From Epiperipatus broadwayi (Eukaryota > Animalia > Onychophora): 64,000 nucleotides of DNA. The notes under the pieces were generated by a model. The model saw only the letters and a list, made by a program, of their open reading frames with translations. It ran no database searches and was not told where the DNA came from. A program made the translations under genes and the position numbers. The stretch is taken from contig JAQFVV010000004.1 of the NCBI GenBank assembly GCA_028023455.1, forward strand, positions 12,524,001-12,588,000. The letters are read 5' to 3'. Of the stretch, positions 13,911 to 25,784 are shown in pieces; position 1 is the first letter of the stretch; the number at the start of each line of letters is the position of its first letter.

Positions 13911-16544
13911 GTTTTTTTTTTTTTTGCAATTTTCTTAAATATTTTCCATACTTAATTTCCATTTGAAATGCAATTAATTTACTATTATATAGACTTATTT
14001 ACTTATACAACAAATAACTTGTTTTTTTTTGTTTTTTTTTTATCTAAAATCTCTAAAATTCAATCCCTAACTAAATTCTGACTGAAAGTATATCAGCTTC
14101 CAAATTTATGTTGTTTCTTAATTCATTTTGAATTAATAGATAAACCAAATAAAATAGATCCTTATTGCTGGAAATCTTCACATATAATTTTTTTCTAATT
14201 TTTAAACTGTATATTCATTATTATTATGCTATTTATATAAAAATTATCAACATTTCTACTCTCATTTCTAACTATAATAATGTCTTGATAGCTTATCTCC
14301 CTCACCTTGAGCTAGAATAGAATTATGTCATTATCATTATTTATTTATTTTTGCATTCATGTTTATAACCATAAATTCAGAGTTACAATATAACTGCAAT
14401 ATTTTCTTCAGGCATTTGAGAATCTCCTAATGAAGCTTCAGTTTTTTTTAGATATTTAGCTAACAACCAAATCAACTACAAAACCAATGTTGACTAATAA
14501 ATAAGTAATTAACTATTCATAGCTTGAACACTTGCACAAATCACAGTGAAGCTTTAATTGTAAAAAGTATAACAATATGATATATGCTTTGCTATTAATC
14601 AACAAAATTGTCTTAAAGTTTTATTAATTCAGTAAATTTGAATTCAAATACCTAAAAATTTATATGATAAAAAAACAAAATAAATCAGAAATTAAATTTG
14701 ATTCCTATTATGTAAAATACAATTGAAAATATCAAAGTCTATGGAAAAAACTGGTTTGGCTTTGGTGGAAATTCAAATTATAATAGAAAGTTTTAATTAG
14801 TGATTTGATACAATAAAAAAGCAAGAAGCAATAATTGATGATTTAAAAGAATAAATTCAAGAACTGAAACAACAAAGATTTGATCACAGAATTGAGATTA
14901 TAGGAATTGATTAGGTTGAAAATAAGAATCTTAATATAATAATTTGTACTATTGCAGAAAAATTAAATATTGTACATTTTAATGTTAAAAATATTGTTTC
15001 AATTTCTTGCTTGAAGCATAGAAATATATTTCAAGTTATTATAAAAGCATCATTTTTAAAATAAAAAGGATTTGATAATCCTTTTTTGTTTGCAAGAAAA
15101 GGAGTTAAATTGTGTTTGACTGATATCATTTGAGATTTGATATTAAATAAAAATACATTTATTAATAATGATTTATTACTTTTAAATAAATATTTATTTT
15201 TAAAAACTTGCAAAAATTTGTATAAGAAAAAGTACAGGAAATAAGGTCCTAAAAATTAATTTTGAGAAAGACTCTACTTATTTTACAAACTTATAATGTT
15301 TCAGTAAGATCGTTTTTGCATAATAAAAACTGTCCTAATTACAAGAATTTTAGAAGATTTCATATAAATATTCAAAGTATCAGGAAAATGTTATTTTATT
15401 AGCATATTTGAAATATGTGATTTTTCATTTGACATTATTATTCTTACAGTTATTTGGGTTAAGGAACATGAAAGCAATCATATTCAATTAGTTCTGTTTT
15501 AAATGCTAGAGAAGATAACACATCAACTAATGGTATTATTTATTTCACATCAACTTTCCCGATTGTTTCTGAATCTCCTTTGATGATTTCTGCAGAATGT
15601 TTGCTTACTGATATTTTCTAAAAGAATTTAAACTTACTATTGCTGCATTTTATAGATCATGTATAACCTAAAATTAATGTTTTAATGATGAGTTAAAGTA
15701 GATACTATCTAAATTGGATAATAATCTTGTTATTTTAATGGGAGATGTTAACGCTAATATTTTTAAAGAATCTTCTAGAAATACTCAGGATTATCTAAAC
15801 ATATCATTTTTTGGATTTATCCAAATGTTATTTCCTCCTACTCATGTTTCTGCTTCCACATCTACATTATTGTATTTGCAAGAAAATTGGATGGATTTAA
15901 ATTACATTTTATAATTCTAGATTGGAATACAACTCATTGTATGGCAACTCAAGTTACAATTCAAAAACAGATTCTGATATTATAAAACCAATTTCAATAT
16001 TACCTTACAACAAACTGAGATATTTTATTTGATTTGCATAATTGGAATAAATTATTTAATATAAAAATGTTGATTAATCATTTTTAAAACATTAATACTA
16101 TTAGATTGTATATAAATAAGGCAACTATTCAAAAAAATCGATTAAAAAGCAATCTTTGGATTACTAACAAATTAATTTCTAAAGTAAATGACAAAAATAA
16201 ATTATATAATCAATTTAAAAAGATTTCACATAGTATAAAATTAAATCAAAAACTAGAATTAATGAATAAAAAATTAAACAAGCCATTTATAAAGAAAAGT
16301 TGAAATATTACTCTGTTCGAATTTATCAATTAAAGAGTAAAAAAAAGGGGTCAGTTATTAATAAATAAATTATTAAAAATGATTAAGTGGATAAAATCTC
16401 ACAAATTGTATAAATGGAGATATTGTTCATGTGCATGGAAACAAAAAGTTAATTGCAAATAATTTTAATTCTTTTTTATTAATGTTACTACAAATATTAT
16501 AAATGCTGAAAGTGAAAGTGATTCTTCTAAACCATTTCTATTTT

Positions 16545-16665
16545 ACTTACAATAACTCCCCTCATATACACTTTAATGCAATTTTTTTTAAATATAATTC
16601 CTTTATTTTCCTGACAGTTTCGACTATACTGCAGTCTTCATCAGAGCATTATTAACCTCCTCTAT
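16545..16665 (-). mobile_element. 121-bp hammerhead-carrying insertion inside the CR1-group LINE, with a 12-bp TSD
   Basis: CATTTCTATTTT at 16533-16544 and 16666-16677 flanks the insert; LINE ORF2-like sequence resumes after it. Confidence 0.85.
16608..16648 (-). ncRNA. Minimal hammerhead ribozyme of the PLE type (bulged nucleotide before stem II)
   Basis: Minus strand tgct CTGATGA A GACTG cagta TAGTC GAAA CTG TC agga: complete core, GUC triplet, 5-bp stem II, short stem I with one mismatch. Confidence 0.8.
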
Positions 16666-18312
16666 CATTTCTATTTTCAGGAAAATCAATTTTTAATTCT
16701 ATTGTTTTTGAGGATATTCAGATAATGAAATATTTAATGTAATTAATGGCATAAAATATAAGCCACCTGATTTTGGCATAAAATATAAAATGAGCATAGG
16801 TTTAGATGATATTTCAGTAAATAAATTCCTAAAAATTCATCTACTATATTGCCTAGATTTCAATTTTTATTTATTAATCAAATCTGAAGTTTTTCTCGAT
16901 GTATTGAGGAGATTATTCATCTTGCCTAACTTTAAGAATAATGCTAAGATGCAGTTGGATAACTATAGACCTATATCTTTGATATCAACTTTAAAAATTT
17001 TGAAGTTTGTATTAAAAATAGAATTATTAAATTTATTTCTAAATATAATCTGTTCTCTGTAAACCTATTTGGGTTTTTACTAAATAAATCTATTACTTTG
17101 ACTTCATTAAAATATATTACACTTATTATGGATTCACTATAACACAGTTATAAAGCAATAGATTTTATTTTAGAATGACATAAAGCTTTTGATTTTGTTT
17201 CAAAAAAAAAACCTTATGAATAAACTTTATAGTACAAGTATTAAAGGCTACATGAATGATTGGCTGGCATTTTATATGTATCAAAGAAAACAATATGTTA
17301 AAATTAAGGGGGTCTTGTATGACTATTCTTTATAAAATTTGGTGTACCACAAGGATCAGTTTTAGGTCTATTACTTTTCATTATTTACATGAATGATGTG
17401 ATGAATCTCCCATTCCATTTAAGTATTTCATGTTTTGCAAATGACATATCATTAGTATTATTAGGTACAATTTATGAACTACTTCAAAAATTAATAAGGA
17501 TTTAAACATAATTATGCATTGGTTTTTCTATAATAATTTAATTATCAATTACAATAAATTAAAATATAATATTTACAATTATAAAAATTCTAATTTTCAA
17601 GATATATCTATTGAAATGTCAAACAATGAACTAATTAAAGTAGAATCTACATCTTAATTGGTACTACTGCTGGGTTTATATATTAGATGTAACAAACATA
17701 TAATTCATTTGCGAAAAAGTTTTTAAGACTTTAAACTTAATTATTTTTTTATAATCTTAATAATATTTTAACACAGAAGATGATTATACAGTATTGTATG
17801 CAAATTTTTCTTCCTAAATTAACATATGGAGTATTTCTTTGGGGGTGGGGGCACAGCTTCATATTATTTAAAGTCTTTAAAAATTCTACAGAACTTTTCT
17901 TTAAGGATTATTTTAAATAAATCATTGGAATATAATCTTGACTCTTTATATATCAGAAGCTTTATCAGTCAAAAAATTATTTATAATCAATATTTTATAT
18001 CACTGTTTCAAACTATATAATTCCAAAGAATTGTTTCTTAAGGAAGAAGATAAAACTAGAAAAAACTAAATTTAATTTCATTAATGATTCTCATTATAAT
18101 AAAACTCACAGTAAATATCAAATATGTTACATCGGTCCAATGTATCGTAATGTTTTAATGTAGTATTAACCTGATAATATGTCTATATTTCAAATAGAAT
18201 TTTTTTGTTTGTTTGTTTCCGTTGTACAAAGTGTGCAAAATTATATTTGTTTAATTTTTGCTTCAAATTAAATTATTAATTAGAGTAAGATAAAATTGAT
18301 CTTATTGAATTC

Positions 18313-18815
18313 CAGACCATCTTTAGTCTCTACATAAATATATTAGATTATTAATAAAAGTGGGACTCCATCTTTATTGTTAAAAGGTTGCCTTGACAAC
18401 AGTTTAAAATTGTTGAATGTTATTGCTATTGGGATTGTTTAAGTGTTGACTGGTCTTTAATGATTACTTACAAACCCATTTAGCCTTGGGTATTATTACA
18501 TTTATTATTTAAGCAAAAGTTTGGGTGCAATTTGAGAATTATAATCGGAGTTTGTAATGTTATAATTGTCTATTTATTAGTCTGTATTCAGAATAGGTTA
18601 TATTTACTTATTTAAAGAGCTTTATTAAACTTCTTTGTATCAATAATTTCTAGTGCTATAGTCAAGATGCAATCTTTAGTGCCTACATAAATATATTACC
18701 CATTAATAAAGGTGGGGTTCCACCTTTATTGTTAAAAGGTTGCCTTGACAACAGTTTGAAATTGTTGATTATTATTGATAAACAGGATTGTCTAAGTGTT
18801 GACTGGATTTTAATA
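18313..18815 (+). repeat. About 150-bp direct repeat pair (18313-18462 and 18665-18815) containing a strong hairpin
   Basis: Both copies share ctacataaatatatta..taataaa(a/g)gtgg..cca(t/c)ctttattgttaaaaggttgccttgacaacagttt..gtgttgactgg. Confidence 0.85.
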
Positions 18816-19158
18816 ATAATAATATATATATAACTAAATGATATGTCTAAAACTGTATATATAGTTTATTATACTTATAATTGTTAATTTTAATATTTTA
18901 TGTTTTATACACATGTTTGTCAATATATGTATATATGTTTATTAAGGGATATCTTTATGTTATTAGATGATAACTGTTTATATTTCAATTGTTGTTGCTT
19001 TTTTAACTGTTCATTTTATTATTTTATATAAGTTTTATGTATTTATATAAAAAATTTTATTATAGTTTTAATATCCACGTTATTTTTTCTTAACATGGAG
19101 TTTATTGTAAATTGGTATAAATAATATTATATTTAATGTTTTCATGGTTGTATGTTGT

Positions 19159-19356
19159 AGATAAATATTTTGAATTAAACCATGTTATTATTTTCCATTA
19201 CATACCGATATTTCGATGAACTAGCATCCGCCAACATCAAGATTAACTTTTAAAAAAGCAGATAAATTGTTTTTTGGATTAAACCATATATTATTTTCCA
19301 TTACATACTAATATTTCACTGAAATAGCATCCGCCATTGTCAGGGTTAACTTTTGA
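19159..19356 (-). repeat. Tandem dimer of about 103-bp units, each with a degenerate hammerhead-like core
   Basis: Unit 1 minus: aatc TTGATGT tggcg GATG ctagtt CATC GAAA TA TC ggta. Unit 2 minus: aacc CTGACAA tggcg GATG ctattt CAGT GAAA TA TT agta. Confidence 0.6.
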
Positions 19357-21071
19357 ATAAATATCAAGTGTAAAATTAGAGCTTAGACAAAGAAATAATA
19401 TCATAACCAAGTAATAACTATTAATATTATTGAAGTAGTTTACTGTAGTTTCTCATTCATTAATGACTATTTATTCAAGCATTATACTTATTAACACACC
19501 ATAATGTACAGAGATGCATAAAAATGCTAACTATATTATCGACACATAATTTAGAGTTTTATTCACACATTTAAACAAAACAAAGCAAAAAAGCTTGCAA
19601 TAATTTAACATAATTAATATATCAGCAAGACAAAATTGCAGTAAATTCATTTATCAACACATTGTCTTACTAGAAATATAATTTTTTTTAATAAGGACAT
19701 GAAAAACTTGGGAATGTTTTCAAAGATACTCTACTTTTCATTTAAACAACAGTTAACCATGCTATTTAAAAACTCCTTAAATCTCAGCCTTAAAGATTAG
19801 ATATAAAAAGATTTATATTAAGATTTCCTTTGGTAAAGTGGATAGTGTTAATGATACTGTGCTGCAAAGAAGATCCATTTTTTTTTTTTTTTTGCAATTT
19901 CATAGTAGAAAACAAAAATGTTGTATTTGTAATAACATACTACTTTGAGAAATATTATTAGCACATTAAAGTGGCTATCCATTTTCATAAATTCTTTCAC
20001 AAAGCATCAAGAGATGTGTTACCTTTAAAAAAATGTTTCAAACGTTTTTAAGTAAATCAGATATATAACACTATCTCAAGGCATAATTTTATCACCTAAC
20101 ATAGATCTCAAATCAATATTTCTCTTTGAGATTGTTAATCCAAAAATTCAAACAATAAAAAAATACAATAGAATAAGAAATGTCCTAGAGGGCTCAAATT
20201 CCTTTTTCAAAATCAGCAATAAAGCCAACTGAATTTCAACTTTCCTGACATTACTGGAGTCTCATCAATAATTATCGGTTCAGAAACGATATTTAAGAAT
20301 CGCAGACATATACAGACATTGACAAGCATAAATCTTGAACTACATAGAAAATAATCATGTATATATGCATATAATAAAGCACTTACTAAAGTCGTGAATC
20401 TATCATATACTATGAAAATAAATATATATTTTATAACAAATTAAATGAAAGTATTAAAATAAAAGTACCACTTTGCTTGCACAAAATATAGTATATAAAA
20501 TACTAATAAACTACTTATTTCAATTTTTTTTAAAAAAGTAAAACGCATTTTTTTAAAAAAAAAAATTTAACTATACTTGGCTTGCAAGAACAAGTAAATT
20601 ATGATTCGATAAAATTAATTTCACCATTTTTAAACAACAAAGCAAATACAATTCAGAATTGTAAACATTTATGATCAAATATTTATTTTAAGAAGTGAAC
20701 ACTTGAAGAAAAGTAAGAATATTTAATAAAAGAATTTAATACACAAAGTTTTAAATGACATTTTATTTCCTTGACAAAAAATATACTCGTCATCATAATA
20801 AAAAAATAAAACAATCATATACCATAAAAGACAAAACAGAAAATAATCAAGTATTATAAGTTTAAAAATGTTCTCGAATTTAAAATAAAATTTATCTTAA
20901 CTTAGACTCAGTAATAGAAAATACTTTAATGTTGATGAAAATCATAGATTGAAAAAGAACGAATAATGACATCTAGTGGCAAAATAATACATTTTAATAT
21001 AAATAATTTTAATAGTGAAATATATTTTAAATAAGTTATAATTATTATATTTTAAATAGATTATTATTATT

Positions 21072-21147
21072 ATGTATATCAATGATATGAGATAGTATGG
21101 ATAGTTGAAGGGTGCTTGAGTGTCTGTGTTCAAATCCCGTATATTTA
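21072..21147 (+). mobile_element. Family-1 HHR element, 3' fragment without the ribozyme
   Basis: gatatgagatagtatggatagttgaagggtgcttgagtgtctgtgttcaaatcccgtatattt matches 28280-28343. Confidence 0.8.
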
Positions 21148-21941
21148 AATAGATTATGAAGATTTAGAAACAATAAAAATATCATAAAGGCAGATATTTT
21201 GAAAACAAATTTTTTTACATGTAAATTAAATAGAAGCAAATGCCTACAATGTAGGACAAAATAAGTAATATATTTATATTTCATTCACGTATTAACTTGT
21301 CTCCTATCTTAAGAATATTTTTAACTTTTATTTTCAGTATATGTATATAGTTCTTATATATGTTGCTCAAATTAAATGAAGCATTTGTGTACTTAAATTT
21401 AAAAGGGCATAATATTATATATATCGTAACATAACTAACTATCTTGAAGCAAACCAAGGCTATGCATGTGACCACCTGGGTTTTATGGCACTTTTTAATA
21501 TGTATATTCAAAAAAATATCAAGACATAACTTGTCTTTCGTTTTAAATTTGCATAGAGACCTAATTATACTAACTGTGGTATTTGTAGAGTAAATAACGT
21601 AATGAACTGATTATCTAATTAATTTGCAATCTTCATAACAATTACAACTCATTTGCATAACTGAAATTTATTTTCCTCATTTCTTTCTATCAAAAATGAA
21701 CCAGAAACTTTTTCCCACTATCAGATTATTTTTATCATTAAACCAATTATTTATATCAAATAAAATTATTTAAATAAGCAAATATATATATTCAAAATAA
21801 GAGTCATAGATCATATGACCCTATTCTCTTAAGCTTGTAAGTTATAAACAATGAGGATTGCCAATTCCTCAATAAGCTTTGTGATAAATGCTTAGCCAGA
21901 GAAAGCATTTAAAATATCCCTGTCAGGAGCCCCTCCCCAAA

Positions 21942-21982
21942 CCCCTGACCATGGTTTCGTGCTTTGGCACTCCTCAGAGAGG
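21942..21982 (-). ncRNA. Intact minimal type I hammerhead ribozyme
   Basis: Minus strand CCTCT CTGAGGA GTGC caaa GCAC GAAA CCATGG TC AGGGG: full core, 5-bp stem I, 4-bp stem II, palindromic ACCATGGT stem III, GUC site (cleavage between plus positions 21947 and 21946). Confidence 0.92.
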
Positions 21983-22101
21983 TGCCACGGTAGGTTCAGA
22001 CACTAGATCTAACAATACCAACCCAAAGCCAGCATTTAACTAAAAGTTATCTATTGAGTGGAAAATCTGAAATTTTCAGACAGCTACATGTCGTCAAACC
22101 C

Positions 22102-22167
22102 AGCTATCCAACTCAAATAGCTATATGGGGCTGGACAGCCCCATATAGCTATTTGAGTTGGATAGCT
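22102..22167. repeat. Perfect 32-bp inverted repeat with a 2-nt spacer
   Basis: AGCTATCCAACTCAAATAGCTATATGGGGCTG-GA-CAGCCCCATATAGCTATTTGAGTTGGATAGCT. Confidence 0.97.
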
Positions 22168-22180
22168 AGATAAAATATTT

Positions 22181-22273
22181 AATTATTTAATTATCAAACT
22201 GGCTTTCATCTCTTATTGAGACCTTTTCAAGATATAAAGTCAATAAGAGATGAAGTTTGATAATTAAATAATT
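22181..22273. repeat. About 34-bp inverted repeat with a 20-nt loop (4-nt bulge in the left arm)
   Basis: aattatttaattatcaaact(ggct)ttcatctcttattga versus tcaataagagatgaagtttgataattaaataatt. Confidence 0.9.
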
Positions 22274-22821
22274 GTAAATATAATTTGTTGTTTGTTTCAA
22301 TTTTATTTAGATTGATTATTATATTAAGTATATATCAATAACAAGATTGTGGATAAATAATTATTTTTATATTGGATATTTGACTATTGTATATATATAT
22401 GTGTGTGTGTGTGTTTATGCTGTTGAATGCTACATAACTCAAAAATTCTATCATAAATCAAATTATTGGGTTTTTTTTTCCTTTTTTTTCAGCTGAAACT
22501 TAATAAAAGTTAATAATTTCAATCTGAAACTAAAATCAATTAATGAAAAAAATAAACAAATAAATAAATAAATATGGAGTAATAGAAAAATCTAAGGAAC
22601 AGCAAAATTAATGTAGCAATAAGTAGAAAAGTAATATAATTTTCATATAACATTAAAATTGAAATAATGGTGCACATGTTATTAAAACAATATTATAATA
22701 ACCAAATACTTTCTAACTTTGAACAGCATTTGAATGAAACTTAAGTAATATATATATAAATAATTTACTAAATAAAAGAAATACTCTACCCAGTAAGTAG
22801 AAAGTTTGTTAGCTGAATGTT

Positions 22822-23024
22822 AATACATTGTACAGGCTTAAACCTGCATTTATATATGTAATATATGCGGGGTTCGAACTCAGACTTTCACACGACCCAC
22901 CACTCTCAGTGCCATCTCATATTGCTGACCCACCTGATCACACACATGTTGAAACGATAAATAATCACCAATATACGTATTTCATGCTAAACCAGCAATC
23001 ATCAGTTGGTCTAGATTACTATCC
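22822..23024 (-). mobile_element. Family-1 HHR element (subfamily B), 5'-truncated, with a 13-bp TSD
   Basis: TTAGCTGAATGTT at 22809-22821 and 23025-23037; homologous to 49082-49398 and 28042-28343. Confidence 0.88.
22967..23010 (-). ncRNA. Family-1 minimal hammerhead ribozyme
   Basis: Minus strand ACCAA CTGATGA TTGCT ggttt AGCAT GAAA TACGTA TA TTGGT: intact core, AUA triplet, first stem II pair mismatched. Confidence 0.82.
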
Positions 23025-25235
23025 TTAGCTGAATGTTGTATAAGAATCATAAATACCACATCAAACATCAACATATGCATGAAAACCATTTACATAGATA
23101 AGAGAAATAATCTTATATATGTTTTTTTTTTTCCAATTCAAAAAGAAATATAAACAAAGAATCATAATAAGTAATATATAAAAAAAATTAAATTATATGC
23201 TGAGTATATGATTTAAAAAGATGTTATTTTTCAACCTATTACATATAAAGTTAATCTTACATTTAGGATATCATAATTAAAGTTCTTAGTAAATGTAAGT
23301 ATTTATATAAAGTAAACACTTTTGAATTATATATTTTTCTTAGGGACAATAAATTTAAAATAATAATAAAAAAACCTGAATAGAATGTAAGTAACTATTT
23401 TTTTCACTATTGTAACTAATAATTCTTAAACATTTCTTTAAATAACAAATTCACATCTTAATACTGAAATTATTGTGAAGACATCAATTCAGTCATTAAA
23501 AACAATTGTGGATTATTATAAACACTGAAAAGCTATGGTTATTCATCAATTGATAACTTGGAATTCTTCTGAGATTCTGGTTTTTGACCTTTGTCACTAT
23601 TCAAATTATATTGTTTTATTATTAATGATAACATAAAAGAATCTGTAAAGATTCTAACTAGGAGATGGATTACCTTCTAGTTTTACTATCCTTCAATTCT
23701 GAGTCTGTAGCCATATATTTAATAATCAATAGTTAAGTACTTCATGGCTTGTGTTTGTCCACATTTACATGCATCCATGGCTGTTAATTTCCAATTATGA
23801 AAATGAGCAATCAACTGTCTTTATTGTTGAATCATGAAAAGAAACTTATTTGGAATCTTATAAAAATTCCATTTTTATGATTGCTGAATATTCAAAAAGG
23901 GGATCTTGATTTGATTTGAGTATTAGTCAGTGAAATTATATATGGAGTTATTGTAAGTTTTTTATAAATGTTTTGTGTCTATTTCTCTATTCACATTTGG
24001 TGGAAGAATATGAAAAAAAAGAAGATACTGCAAAGGAATAGAGTATGGCTGTAATATTTCTCATGGTAATATTTAAGTGAGTATCCAGAAGTTTAATGTA
24101 AGAACATTTTCTCCAATATGGAATCCATTATTGACCAGATAAATATGTTACTGTTAAGAAAAGTATCTGCAAAATAGACTTGCATAACAACCATAAATAA
24201 TGCTAACCAGCTTTCCAAGGAGATTATCCCAGAAAACTAATTTTGATTTCATTTTTGATAAACAAGGAAAGTAAATTATGCTTAGCTGCAAGATCGCTCC
24301 TAAGTTACATTGCATATGATTATATTTCACACTATTATTAAAAAATGTTACATTCAGATTCCAAGCTAATTCCTTGATGTTTAGATGAAAAAAGGAATAT
24401 ATTATCTTCACTGAACTAAAAATAAAACCTTAGTTTTTGAAGAATGTTTCCAATTTTTTCATAACTTTATTGAGAGACTTTTCTACTTCAGAAAAAGATC
24501 TCTAATTCAAAATGGAATTGTCCGTGCACGTGAATTTCCTGTTTTCTGTAGCACGATCACTTTGGAATATATTAAATAAAGTAAATGAAAGAACTGGCTC
24601 TGTGCTAGATTCTTAAATTAATTTTGTATCCTTTATGTTGATCATTTACTGTCATTTGAATTTTTGTACTGGAGAGATATTTTGTTAAGTAAATTAATAA
24701 TTATTTAAAAATGTAAGAAACTTTTAGAAGATATTTTCCCAAACAAAATCATAAACTGATGTTATATAAATAAAGACCATCAATTTTTAACTTATTTTGA
24801 AAGCCTTTTTTCAATGTCAGTTGTTAAAAATAAAACATGATCACAACAGCTTTTTTCTGCCCTAAAATCATCTACTTTATAAGAATCTGGTTCTAAATTT
24901 CTGCAAAAAATCTTGTTAATATGATTCTTTCAAAAAGCTTGTAAGGAACTAACAATAATGAAATTACAAGATAATTCTTTTGGATCATTGCTGATTTTGT
25001 TTGGTATTTAAGATGACTTCAGTTTTGATTATATGCTAATTTTTGGAATACTTCTTGTATGATTAATGTTGCAGAATAATTCTGCTAATCATATTTAGCT
25101 TTAAGTCCTAATTTTTTTAAAAAAAAAAATTGATTGCATGATATTTGTTCCTGCGGACTTTTCTGATTTACGACAATCAAGAGTAAATTCAAATTTATTT
25201 CAAATTCTACCAGATTGATATTGTAGAAGCATTGT

Positions 25236-25470
25236 GAAAGTTTGGGACAGTTGATAGAGCATCTGACTTTGGATCAGGAGGTCCCAGGATCGATGCTGGT
25301 GATTACAGTTCTGGCATTCAAACTTCTTATAAAATCCCAAGCAATAAAGCTATATACATTCTTTTACCCAGCATGGTTTGTGCAGTTAGTAGAGTATCCA
25401 GCCTGGGATCAGGACATCTCAAAATCAATTCTAGGACTTTGCTCAAACTTATTATGAATTGCCAAGCAAT
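25236..25470 (+). mobile_element. Two tandem tRNA-derived SINE-like units of about 125 bp
   Basis: ggacagttgatagagc (A-box/D-arm like), TCTGActttggaTCAGG anticodon hairpin resembling a tRNA-Arg(TCG) arm after CpG decay, ggatcgatgc (B-box like). A second, more degenerate copy starts near 25370 with the shared tail caagcaataaa. Confidence 0.55.
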
Positions 25471-25740
25471 AAACCCATATGCCTTTTTATTGTAAGGTCG
25501 ACTTTAGTCCAATAATACTTTTCCTCACTCTACCCATGTTGAGATTTAGAAGCCTGGTAGATAAAATTGGCAACCTGATTGGCAGTGACATTAGTGATTC
25601 TTTTAGAGATATTTTTATACTCATCAAGATTTTAAATATAGGGGATTTGAACTCAGACTTTTCAAGCACCCTTCAACTATCCATACTATCTCATATTACT
25701 GATACACATGATCACATACATGTAGAAAAGATAAATAATC

Positions 25741-25784
25741 ACCAATATACATATTTCATGCTAAACCAGTACTCACCAGTTGGT
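25741..25784 (-). ncRNA. Family-1 hammerhead, mutated (A6 to G)
   Basis: Minus strand ACCAA CTGGTGA GTACT ggttt AGCAT GAAA TATGTA TA TTGGT. Confidence 0.7.

Larger units (their letters stand above)
14600..18290 (+). mobile_element. Near full-length decayed CR1-group (CR1/L2/Crack-like) LINE: ORF1, APE and RT
   Basis: ORF1-like LKQQRFDHRIEIIGID and TFINNDLL; APE motifs DIIILTVIW, ILMGDVNANI, PPTHVS; RT motifs NYRPISLIS (16790-17062), GVPQGSVLGLLLFIIYMND (about 17341-17397), CFAND; C-terminal LKILQNFSLRII. Confidence 0.9.
21855..22167 (-). mobile_element. Family-2 HHR-bearing non-coding retroelement with a 5' fold-back
   Basis: Collinear homology with about 36000-36260, e.g. gacatgtag(c/a)tgtct(g/a)aaa(a/g)tttcagat, cttttag(t/a)taaatgct, ttagatc, aatgc(t/c)ttctct, agcatttatca. 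Confidence 0.8.

Noticed and set aside
19400-20350. Possible LINE RT C-terminal relic on the minus strand
   Set aside because: Only weak DSV.YL-like resemblance; too degraded to support.
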